64,000 bases of DNA from the NCBI GenBank assembly GCA_963823665.1, contig CAWGMQ010000006.1:1-64000 (forward strand), in the 5' to 3' direction. The DNA comes from an uncultured Planctomycetota bacterium. Its GTDB lineage: Bacteria > Planctomycetota > Planctomycetia > Isosphaerales > Isosphaeraceae. The notes under the pieces were generated by a model. That model was given only the letters and a program-made list of their open reading frames with translations, made no database searches and was not told the origin of the DNA. The translations under genes were made by a program, and so were the position numbers. This document shows positions 1 to 12,000 of this stretch, one piece after another (within the stretch, counting starts at the first letter, position 1; each line of letters opens with the position of its first letter).

Positions 1-3000
1 CGCCCCGGCGTAGAATGTCACGGTGCCCGTCTGGGGCTGCCGGGCTGGCGACCGTGGCCGTGAAGGTTACCGATTGGCCGTAAACCGCGGAGGCCGCCGT
101 GGACGCGAGTGTCGTCGACGTGCTTGCGGCGGGCCGATACGTCGACCAAGACGCTCGCTGTCGTCGTGCCCCCGAAGTACTCCAGCACTGTCTCGACGAC
201 GTCGTACATCCCCGCCTTCGCAAGGGTGTGAGCCAGGGCGTTGCTCCCGGAAAAGTCGTCGGCGAGAATGTCGACTCGCCATCGCCCCAGTTGATCGTGT
301 CCAAAAACGGACCAATGCCTGTGATGGCGAGCGCTCTGAGATTAATCGACGTGTTCACACCGGCGACGGTGCTCTGCGAGGCGGTCGGTGCGGTCACGAC
401 CGGGGACATCAGAGAGGTGACCACCGCGACGGACTGCTCCTACTCCACGTTCAGGTCGATGACCGTGAATGTCACCGTGTCGGTTCGCGTTGCCGGTGAA
501 CGTGAACGTGGTGCCGATGCCGTCGGCGATCTGCTGGCCGGAGCGGTCACAGCGTGCCAGTCGAGACTGGCCATGTGTTGCCAGTTGGGTCGAAGAAAGA
601 GCCGGTGAGGGTGATGGGGGATCCCTCATCGATCGATCGGTCGGGGCCGGCCGAGACGTTCAAAGCCGGCTGCGCGAGCATGTTCACGGTGCCGAGCCTG
701 CAACCATCCGTGTCCACTGGCGGGTCTGCGATCGTGTCGTCGGCCGAGCCGGCGATGATCGTGTCGTCGCCCGAGCCGGCGTACATCGTGTCGCCAAGGC
801 CGGGGGTTGTGGAGGGATACGCCGCAGTCGTCCCAGCGGCGAGCATAAAACAGCTCGTAATCGCCGGTCAACGGCTGACTGAGAGCCGCCGAATTGGGAG
901 ACGAGGTCACCATCGCGTAATAGGTGCCCGTGGTGGGAAGGGTCAGGTCGATGATCGAATAATTGGTACCCTGGAACTGATAAAGTCATCGTTGTATTCG
1001 ATTACCTGGCCGCTTGAGTCGTAGATGACGAGGTAGGTGTTGAAAGGGCCCTGGTTGTCGCCATGGAGGCCGCGCTGGCGGCATGCCATGGATCGGGTAA
1101 GGGCCGACGACATGAGCTGGAAGTCGATCAAGGTGCCCAGCTTCGGCGGTGGGAACGAGTAAAAGTCGGTGTTTGATGCTCCGTTTGTCTCCCCAAGGGA
1201 TCCCACGACGTCAGCGGCGGTGACGTCGAAGTCCTTGTCGGTGTTCACCCCCTCAAGGTCCGTATCGGGCACGACCAAATTTGCGAGCGTGACCGGCTGG
1301 GCGTCTGCCATCGAATCGTGCGGAGCGATTTGTTCGTTGGTCGGCGAGCCGTTTTCGCCGTAGGACAATGCGATCGCGTCCCGTTCGCTAATGAACGGGT
1401 CGTTGATCGCATCCTCGAGGGTCGCGTTCACCGAGGCACCGGAGGCCATGATGTCCAGGATCGCCTGGTCGGCATCGACGGGGCCGGGATAAGGAGGATT
1501 GTAGAGGTCGGGGTTGACTCACAGTAGATCCCCAGCTGATCGGTCCGTACGCGTCGGTGTGCTCGAGGCCGGAGCAGCAGGCCGAGGCCGCGTGGCGTTG
1601 CTGGGGAGAGGCCGATGAAGTCTGTGCTTGTGGCGGCGGGCTCGCCGGGGACCGCCCAGGAAGTTATTGACGTTGACTCCGGCGGAATCAGCGGGGATGA
1701 CGTCGAGGTTGTTATCGGTGAGTGTCGTCGTGCCCGAGATGTCGAGATCGGCCAGTCGATCTCCGACGAGATTCCCCCCTCGAAGTCCGACCAGTGCCGG
1801 GTCGTTGAAACAGATTGCTGTGTACGGGCCCGATTGCGGCTGTTCCTGCGTGAACGCGTACGAGAACGGAGTACAGTTGGCTGTGACGTGCCTGGATCGC
1901 GTCGCGCTCGGCCTGGGATAGAAGTGCTGATCCGGGAGGAGGTTGAAGTCGAGATAGACAGTGCGTGTGACGGCCCCTTCGATCAGGTTATTGCCGGCCA
2001 GGCCGACGATCTGGTCGTCACCGCCCTGCCGCTGATCAAGGTGTTGTCGTTGGTGTTGCCGATAATGGTATCGTTGTACGAACTGCCCAGCACGGTGTCG
2101 ATTTCGTCAGGGTCGGCCAAGGTCAAGGTGAGCGCGCCGTCGTTCAGCGTTGCCGGCATCACGGCCGGGGCCGGACTGGGTGAGATTGATCGAGATTCCG
2201 GCGGGGGCCTGGGAGAAATCGAGGCCGGCGACGGGGCCAGTCGGCGGCCCGATCGGTTTCGAAGATGGTCTGGCTGCCACTCAAGGGCGCCGAAGGCGAA
2301 GGTATCGCCGCCGCCGCCGCCGACCAGCGAGTCGTTACCAGAACCTCCCTCGAGGGTGTCGGGGCCTTGTGAGCCGATCAAGGTGTCGTTGCCCGTTCCG
2401 CCCTGGAAGGACTCGGCGCCGCCCGAGAAGGCCGAGGCGTCCAAGGTGGAGTCGCCAGTGCCCGCGGCCAGGATCGCGTGCTGGAACCCGCTGATGGTGG
2501 AGACAGAGGGCGAACTCTCCAGCCTGTCGTCGAGAAGGTCGTGTCGGTGAGCGTCATGTTCGTCGAGCCGAAAACATCAGCCACGAGATCGAACCCGCCG
2601 CCGATCAAAACGTCGTCGCCGCCGCCGCCGGAGATTGAGGCATTGCCTGTCCCGCCCAAGATCGTGCTGGTGCGGCGCCGCTCGTAGATGACGTTGTTGC
2701 CCGAAGCCGCCCACGATTGAGTCGTTGCCGGTGCCGGCGGCTATCGTGGTGTCGCCCGTGCCACTGATGATGATGTCGTCGCCGTAGCCGCCCTTGATCA
2801 GATCGTTGCCGCTGCCGCCGGTGACCGTGCTCGACAGGTTGCCGGAGATCAGGACGTCGTTACCCGAGCCGCCATCATTCGACTCGGCACCAAAGCCCGC
2901 CCACGATCGAATCGTTGCCCGAGCCGCCGTAGATGATGTCGTCGCCATTGCCGCCGACGATGGTATCATCGCCGGATCCGCCGGGCGATCGGTGCTCGAC

Positions 3001-6000
3001 AGGAGACCACCGTAAATGATGTCGTTGCCCGACCCGCCGAAGATCGAGTCGCTACCGCTGCCGCCGGTGATCGAGTCGTTACCCGTACCACCGACGATGG
3101 TGGCGTCGCCTGTTCCACCGACGATGGTGTCGTCGCCCGCGCCGCCAACGATCGCGTCGTTGCCGGGCCCGCCGAAGACCCAGTCATTGGCCGAGGCCAC
3201 CACGATCTCGTCATCGCCGGATCCGGCGAGATCGTTGTGTCGGTTGGACCACCGTAGATCACCTCGTTGCCCGATCCGCCGATGATCCTCGTGGCCGGAG
3301 CCGGCGGTGATGGTCGTGTCGCCCGTCGTGGCGTAGATGATGTCGTTGCCCGAGCCGCCGGTGATCGTATCGTGGCCCGAGCCGGCGGTGATGGTGGTGT
3401 TGCCGGTGGTCGAGTAGACGCGTCGATCGCCGGATCCGCCGGTGATGGTGTCGTGGCCCGAGCCGGCGGTGATGGCGGTGTCGCCGGTCGAGATGAGGTC
3501 GTCGCCGCCGCTGGCCGGATCCGCCGGTGATGGTGTCGTGGCCCTGAGCCTGCGGTGATGGCGGGTTGCCGGTGGTCGAGTAGATGAGGCGTCGTTGCCG
3601 GATCCGCCGGTGATGGTGTCGTGGCCCGAACCGGCGGATGGCGGGTTGCCTGTGGTCGAGTAGATGATGTCGTTGCCCGAGCCACCGGTGATCGTATCGT
3701 GGCCCGAACCGGCGGTGATGGCGGTGTTGCTGGTGGTCGAGTAGATGATGTCGTTGCCGGATCCGCTGGTGATGGTATCGTGGCCGAGGGCGGTGATGGA
3801 CGTGTTGCCTGTGGTCGAATAGATGATGTCGTTGCCGGATACCGCCGGTGACGGTATCGTGGCCCGAGCCTGCGGTGATGGACGTGTTGCCTGTGGTCGA
3901 ATAGATGATGTCGTTGCCGGATCCGCCGGTGATGGGTATCGTGGCCCGAGCCTGCGGTGATGGTCGTGTTGCCGGTGGTGGAATAGACGATGTCATTGCC
4001 GATCTGCTCGTGATCGAATCGTTACCCGAACCGGCCGAGATGGACGTGTTGCCGGTGGTCGAGTAGATGATGTCGTCGCCCGATCCGCCGGTGATCGTAT
4101 CGTGGCCAGAGCCGGCGGTGATGGTCGTGTTGCCTGTGGTCGAATAGATGATGTCGTTGCCCGATCCGCCGGTGATGGAGTCGTTGCCCGAGCCGGCCGT
4201 GATCGTATTGTTGCCGGAGGTTGCGTAGACGAGCTCGTTGTCGTCACTGAGCGTGACGTTGTTGCCACTGGGCGAGCCGACATACGCGTTGATCTTGGCC
4301 TCGAGCGTGACCTCATCGTTGTTCGAGTCAACGATCTGCTGCTGGCCTGACTGCATGCCCAGGTTGATGGTGATCGGCGAGGTGGCGATCGAGAAGTCGA
4401 GCGTATTGGACCCGCTGGCGCCGATCACGAGTGGGTCATGTCCAGGGTTGATCTGGAACATGGCACTCCCCGTGCCGCCCACGAGCGTGTCGTCACCGGC
4501 GTTGGATACAAGCGTGTCGTCGCCGGCCCCGCCAACCAGGCTGTTCGCGCCCGGACCGCCGACCAGCAAGTCGTCGGCCGAGCCGGCCAAAAGGGTTGCG
4601 TCGCCGCCGTAGCCGTCAAGCTCGACGGGACTCGGAAACGCGGTCGCGTCCACCAGATCGTTCGAGCCGTAGACCAGCGCGATCAGCTCGTCGGCACTCC
4701 CCAAGGACGCAAACGTGGCCGGATTCGCGTGCGCGACGATCATCGACGAGTTGATCGTGATCGTCGCGGCCGACTGGCTGATCACCGCGATCTGGTGCTG
4801 TCGCTACCGGCACCTCCATCGCTGCTGGTCACGGTGGCGGTCACTGTCCCAACCAGGATTCCGCCCGGGTTCGCGAATGAGAACGTAGACCCCGTGCCGG
4901 TCTGGGTCACCGTCCCGCCCTGGGTCAATGTCCAGGCCACGGTATCGGTGGCGAGCGGATCCGGGTCCGTCACGGCGGCGGTGAGCGTGATTGTCGTCGG
5001 GCCCTCGATTGCCTGCGCTCTCGATCCGAACCGTCGGTGCCGCATTGTTCACGACGGTCGACGTTCCGGCCGAAGTCGTGTTCACGCCGTCCGACACCGA
5101 AACGTTGATTGCGTATGTGCCACCGGTCAGCTCGCCAGGTGGATTACTCAGATACACATGAGTGGTCGAGTAGGTAAAGATCCCCGGCGTGGCCGACGGG
5201 ACGACCTGGCCGTCAAGCTCGCTCAAGACGGTCGGAGTGGAACCATCGCCCCAGTCGATCGTCACCGTGTACGCGCTGTGCAGCCCATCCGGGTCGGTGA
5301 ACTGGCCGTTCAAGGTGATCGTGTCTCCCTCGACGGCAGTCGGCGGCGACAGCTTCAGGTCGGCCGCGGTGAACTGCGGCCCAACCTTGTTGACGGTCAC
5401 GATCGCCGACGCATAGCCAGCCTTGTCATACTGGTTGGTCGCGGAAGCGATGATTGTATAGTTCTCGGACCCAACCCCCGCCGGATTGTTCAAATAGGTA
5501 TGGCTTGTCGAGAACGTGTCCTGGCCGATAGGGAGAACGATCGTGGTCGTGCCGAGCCGTCGCCCCAGTTGAGAGCGACCGTGCTCGAGTCGTTCCCGTC
5601 GGGGCTCTTGACTGTCCCGCTGCACCTCGACCGCGCCCCCTTCGACGATGGTGGTCGACGACAAGACAAGACCGGGCGACGCGAACTCCGGCGCCGGGTT
5701 GTTGATGACGACAGTCGTTTGTGCGAAGGCGGTCTTGCCGAACGCGTCGGTCAAGGTCACGCCGATACTGTACGAGCCGGAGGCCGGGTCGGTCGTGTAG
5801 TCATGTGGGGCCGCGAAGGCGTAGGACCCCGCCGGGAGGTCGACATCAGTCGGTGCGGACCCATCGCCCCAATCGATCGTGGCGGTGAGATTCGCTCCAG
5901 GGTTGGCATCCGTGAAAGTGCCGCTCACGATCACGGAGTCATAGGGCGCGGCGAGATAGGTGGTGACGGACGAGACCGAGAGCTGAGCACCGGGCTGATA

Positions 6001-9000
6001 GAGATCGACGGCCTCGGCGCCGGTGACTCCCGAACCGATAGCCCCCGCGGCGCCACGATCAAGCGCCGGTGTCGAATCCGACCGAGGTGCCGAAGGCGTC
6101 ACCCGAAGTCGGGGTCGGTTCTTGAACGGCGGCGATTGCGTTGCCGAAGGTCGGGCTCGACGGATTGGCGTCGAAGAGGTACGCAGCGCCGGCGTCGCTC
6201 GTGCCCAGAAAAGCACCGGGCGCCGATCAGTGCGGTGTTTTGCGTCCCGGCGACGGAAGCGCCGAAGTTGCCGCCAGCGCCATCGGGCTGAGCGAACACA
6301 GCGAGCAACGTCGCCGGTCCGGGGATCGCGGGAGGCGCGTACAGGAAGGCCGCACCCGCACCATCGTTGTCGTCAGGCGACCCGATGAGGATGTTGGGCC
6401 CAACCGCGGCAACCGCGCTACCGAAGCCGGTCGTGGTCGACGTGTCGGGGTTTGCGATCGACGTGATCAGATTGCCGGTCGTGCCATCGAACACGAAGAC
6501 GCCGCCGGTGGCGCCTGAGAGGTTCGCAGCCGGGCGCCGACGATCACACTGTTGCCGTCGCCGGCGACCGCGGCACCGAAATCCGACCCGACCTGCGACG
6601 TGGGTTTTGAGATTTCGCGAGCAGCGCGCCGAAGTTCGCCTGGGTCGTGTCGCCCTCGAACTCGTAGACCTCGCCCGTGCCGCTGTTGTTGCCGGCGCTC
6701 CCACCACGATATTCGTGTTGGTCGCGCCGACCGCTGCGCCGAACTGTGCATCATTCAAGGGGCCGGGGTCAGGGATCGTCAGGGTCGCCAGCAAGTTACC
6801 GAATGTCGTGCTCTCGTCATTGGCGTCGAAGACGTAAACCACGCCGTCGCCCGGTCCCGTAAGCGAACTGCCCGGCGCCCCGACCACCAGGTCGTTGCCG
6901 ACCACCGCGAGCGATGCGCCGAACTCATCGCCGGGCTTAGGATTGGGGTCGGCGAAGACGTGGATCAGCTCGCCATAAGCGTAGGTCGAGATTGTCTCGT
7001 TGGCGGTGGTGACACCGTCGTAGAGATAAACCGCGCCAGTGCCGTTTTCGGACGGGGCGCCGATTGCGACGTTGCCGTAGTTCGCGGCTACGGAGTCACC
7101 AAATCCGTCGCCAGGCGCGGGCGTTGTGTAAGTCAGGGGCGGCAAGTACGCGTTGGGAGTGAAGACCGGCGGCAGGTCGTTGACCGCGACCAGGGCGGTT
7201 GCGGTGCTGATCCCGCCGAAGCCGTCGTTAACGGTCAACGTCACGGTATCGATCCCCGGTGCCGTGAAGGTGTGGGTCGGCTCGGGCCCCGACCCCGTAC
7301 CGCCGTCGCCGAACAACCAGGTGTAGGTGAGCGGACCGCCGCTGGGGTTGAGCGATTCCAGGCCGTCGAATGGGACTGCGGCCCCTTCGTTGACGGCGAG
7401 GTTCGTGAACCCGATGACGGCCGTCGGCGGGGTGTCGACACCGAATGCCTGGGAGAATTCCGAGGTATTGCCGCCGGGATCGGTGGCCGTGGCCGTTGTG
7501 AACCGGGCCCCGGCAGCCGGAGTGGGGAACTGGAAGACGAAGTCGCGCTGCCCGCGGCGTCGGTCATGACGGACGCCGAGCCGAGGACGTACCTTCCCTC
7601 GCCGTAGCCCGACGCATTGATCGACGATAGCGTATAGAAATCGACGCCGAAGGTCGTGTCGGCCGTGCCGCTCAAACTGCCGGTCACGGTTGTCACGCCG
7701 CCCGCGCTCGAGACCGCCGTGATCACCGGGAAGTTCTCAAAGTCGTTGGGACCGGTGTGCCCGGCCGAGTTGTTCAGCGTGACGCCATCGCCTCCTAGGT
7801 CGATGCCCAACCCGGTGTTGGAGAAGATCGAGTTGAGCCGGATCGCGTTACCGGTCCCGGCCGTCGCGTCAACATCCACGCCGATGCCGCTGGAATAAGC
7901 GATGGTGTTGCCAGCCCCGGCCGTTGTGCCGCCGATCGTGTTACTGGAAGAGCCGCCGTCCAACTGGATGCCGTTGCCGTTTCCAAGAGGGTTCATGCCG
8001 GTGTCGTCGGTGCCGATCAGGTTGCCTTCGATCAATGCGCCGGTCGTGTCGGCAAAGAGCCCGATGCCCGCGGTTGGATTGGCCGAGATGATATTTCCGT
8101 CGCCTTGAGCCGTGCCGCCGATTGTAACCCCGGGGGTGGCGTTCACGATCACGCCGAAGGACGCGTTCCCGAGGGCCGCGGTTCCGGTCTCGTCGGTGCC
8201 GATGCGGTTGCCCAGGAGCACGACGCCCGTCGTGGCGGTCCCCGCGATCGACACGCCCGCCTGCCCGTTGGCAGAGATCACGTTGCCCACGCCCTGCGCC
8301 GTCCCGCCGATGGTGACGCCCAAGGCATTGTCAACGGACACGCCAGAGCCCGAGTTGAGCAGGGGCTTGGTTCCGGTCTCGTCCGTGCCGATGTAGTCGC
8401 CCTGGACCAAGGTGTTCGTCACGCCGGCGCCGATGTCGATGCCGTCGCCCGTATTCCCGGAGATCAAGTTGCCAGCCGGACCGTCCGGCGCACCGATGGT
8501 GGTACCTGTCCCGCCCGCGATCACGATGCCACCGCTCAGGTTGCCCACCGCGGCCGTGCCCTCGGAGTCGGTGCCGATCAAGTTACCCGCCACGTCGGTC
8601 CCCGCCGTGGACGAGCCCGTGATCAAAACGCCTTCGGCGTTCCCGGAAATAAAGTTACGCCCCCCGGCGCCCGGCGCGCCGATGGTATTGGATACGGAAC
8701 CGTTGTCGATCAGAACGCCTGCTCCGCGGTTGCCCAGGGCTCGCGTTCCGGTCTGGTCGAGCCCGATCAGGTTGCCCTGAATCAGCGTGCCGGTCGAGTC
8801 GTTGATTTCGACGCCGCTCGCGGCGTTGCCGGAGATGAGATTGCCAGCGCCTGCCGCTGTTCCGCCGATAACGACGGACGAGCTGCCGCTAACGTAGACG
8901 CCGTCGCCCGAGTTTCCAAGCGCGGCGGTGCCGGTGGCATTGGTGCCGATCCAGTTGCCGACGATCAGGTTGGAATTGGCATCGATGTCATCCACTCCGT

Positions 9001-12000
9001 CGCCGGCGTTCGCGGAGATCACGTTGCCCGAACCGGCCGTGGTGCCGCCGATGGTGTTGCCTGTCGCGCCATCAATGATCGCAACACCGGCCTCGCCATT
9101 GCCCGTGGCGTTGTTGCCGGTGGAGTCAATGCCGATGTAACTGCTCTCGACCAAATCGTTATTTCCGGTCACTTCGATCCCGTCGCCGCCAAAGCCGCTG
9201 ATAATCAGGCCCTTGACGGTGATGCCGTTGCCCGCGAGTGTCAATCCGGTGGCGCCGGTTCCCGCGCCCGCACCATCCAGCTCGATCAAGGGCGTGTTGG
9301 AATATCCGGGCTCGGTCGTGCCGTCGATGGTCAATGGCGCAGTGATTGCCGGTAGCGGCGACATGAGCTCGATCGTCTGCGGGCCCGTGCCGAAATCGAA
9401 GGCGATCGTGGTGCCGCCGCTATGTGTGTCGACGTAGTCGATCGCGTCGCGGAGCGAGCCCGCGCCCGAATCGGCGGTACTGTTCACGGTATAGGCCGCC
9501 AACGTCGAGTTCACCGTGAGCGTGGCCGTGTTGTTGGTCTCGCCGGTTCCTGAGGGGTTAAATTCAACGATCTGATTGTCGGCGTCGGTCGTGACCGTGA
9601 TCAAAAGATCGCCGGTGCCTGCAGAGCCCTGAGGCAGCGTAAACGCGTAGGCCTGAGGAAACGAGCCGCCGGGGTCGATGGGCGACGTGCCGGGCAGGGC
9701 CGGGTTGTAGGAGACATCCGTGTCGAGCAGCGTCGCGCTGGTCGTGGTATTGACGACGGTCAGGTTATCGACGAACTCGCTGTCGACCGCGGCATTGCCC
9801 GTGTTGGCGTCGTTCCAGGTCACGTCGACGGTATCGCCGGAGAGGATCGTCTTTGGCGAGACCGCCAGGCCCTGCACCTGGAGATCAGGATACGCGGAGA
9901 TAGTAAGGGTGTGGCTGCTGTCCGTCGAGCCGCCGAAGTTAGTCGTCGCGTTGAAGGCCACCAGGATCGTATAGGTGCCCCTTGCCGTGCCTGCTGGCAA
10001 AGAGTACCTGGCGCTGGCGGCGCCATCGCTGACGTCGACCGTGACGGAACTGCCGAGGAGCGTTGTTCCATTCAGTATCGAAAACGTCTCGGTTCCCTCG
10101 TCCACCACTCCGGCCGGGCTGACGACCGTCGCGTTGAGCGTGACCAGAGATTGGCCCAACGTCGCAATGGCGCTAGTGGCCGCGGTCGTGGTCCCGGCGG
10201 CACTGATCAGGAGGGTCTGACTATGATCGGTATCGCTGAGGAAATCGGTGGTTCCGTTGAAAGCCGCCTGAATGATGTAGGTGCCCGCCGGCGTACCCGT
10301 GGGCAGCGAGTAATTCGTACTGGCGGCCCCCAAAGTGACGTTGACCGTGACGGGACTGCCGACCGGAGTCGTTCCGTTCAGAATCGTGAACGTCTCCGTT
10401 CCCACATCGACCACACCGGCCGGACTTGTGACGGTCGCATTGAGCTCGACGGAAGCGTCGCCGAGTATAGCGTTCGCGCTGGAGGCGGCGGTGACGGTCG
10501 GTGCCGCGTTGATGACGAGAGTTTGGCTAGCATCGGTAGATCCGAGGAAGTTGATTGTGCCGTTATAGACTGCCTGAATCGTGTACGTGTCAGGCTGCGT
10601 GCCGTCAGGGAGCGTGTAGCTCGCACTCGCGCTGCCCGTCACGACGTTGACCGTGACGGCAGTGCCGACCGGCGTCGTGCCGTTGAGAACCGTGAATGTC
10701 TCGGTCCCCTGATTGACTGTGCCGGCCGGGCTCGTGATGGTCGCGGAGAGCGTGACCGACGCATCGCCGAACGTCGCCGTGGCCCCTTCCGCGGCAGTCG
10801 CAGTCGTCGCGACTTTGACGGTCAAGGTCTGGCTGCTATCCATTGAGCTGCCGTACTCTGCGGTCCCATCGTAGACCGCTTGAATTGTGTACGTTTCTGC
10901 TGTCGTGCCGCCGGGAAGAACGTAGCTGGCACTTGCGGCTCCGGCGGTCACGTTCACGCTGACAGGGGTACCGATTATCGTGTTTCCGCTCAGAATCGTG
11001 AAGGTTTCTTGCCCCTCGTTCACGATGCCGATCGCGCTCGTGACGGTGGCGGCGAGAGCGACGGACTTTGCACTCACGCTGAAGGTGGTCGCGGTGCTCG
11101 CGGCCGCGGTGTTCGTCGAGGTATTGCTGATTGTCAGCGAGTGGCTGCTGTCATAGGAGCCCAACAGGCTGGACGTTCCGCTAAAGACAACCTGGATTGT
11201 GTAAACGCCTCCGGGGGTTGAGGCCGGCAGTGCGTATTCGGCGTTTGCGACGCCGTTCAGGACGTTGCTGGTGACGGGCGTGCCCACAACTGCGGAGCCA
11301 TTGAGAACGCTGAATGTGGCGGTGCCGGTGTTGACCAGGCCGGCCCCGCTGATCACCGTGGCGGTGAGCGCGACCGACTGGGATGCCGTGCTAAAGGTTG
11401 CCCCGGCGTTGGACGCAAAAGTGCCCGTCGCGTCTTCACTAAGAAATGGTTGATACAGGACCGTCGGCAGACTGGAGTTCTTTGTGTGGTCCGTGATCTT
11501 GGCTGCGATCTGCGTGGTGTTGAGCGTCCCCCAGAAATTGTTTGTGAAATCAATTGTGGTGGTGGAACCACCCGAGGCGACCACGGTCGCGCTTGCGCTG
11601 CTCAAGTCATCATTGTGAATGTTGAGCGAGGCCCCGCTGTTGATGGCGAGCTGAGTGGCGAACGTCACGAACTGAAGATTGGCGGTTGAGCCGCTCTGCA
11701 CGGCGAGCTGGTTCAGCGAAAACGAGGTTCCCTCTACACTCAGTTCGCCGCCGGAGTTGACCTGGAGGAGTGCGAACGATGCATAGTTGCTGCCGGAGAT
11801 GTAAAAGTTGGAGCCGCTGGCAGAGAGGGTGCCGTTGACCAGGATCTGAGTTGTTGCCGAGTAACCGGCCACGAAGCCGATCGACGCTCCGGTGACGTTC
11901 ATGGCCCCGTTGTCGGTGATCGTCACCGGGTCGATCAGGACGCTGGTGCCGGTGCCGACGGTCAGAGTCGCTCCCGTACCAACGGTGAAGTTGCCCTGGA

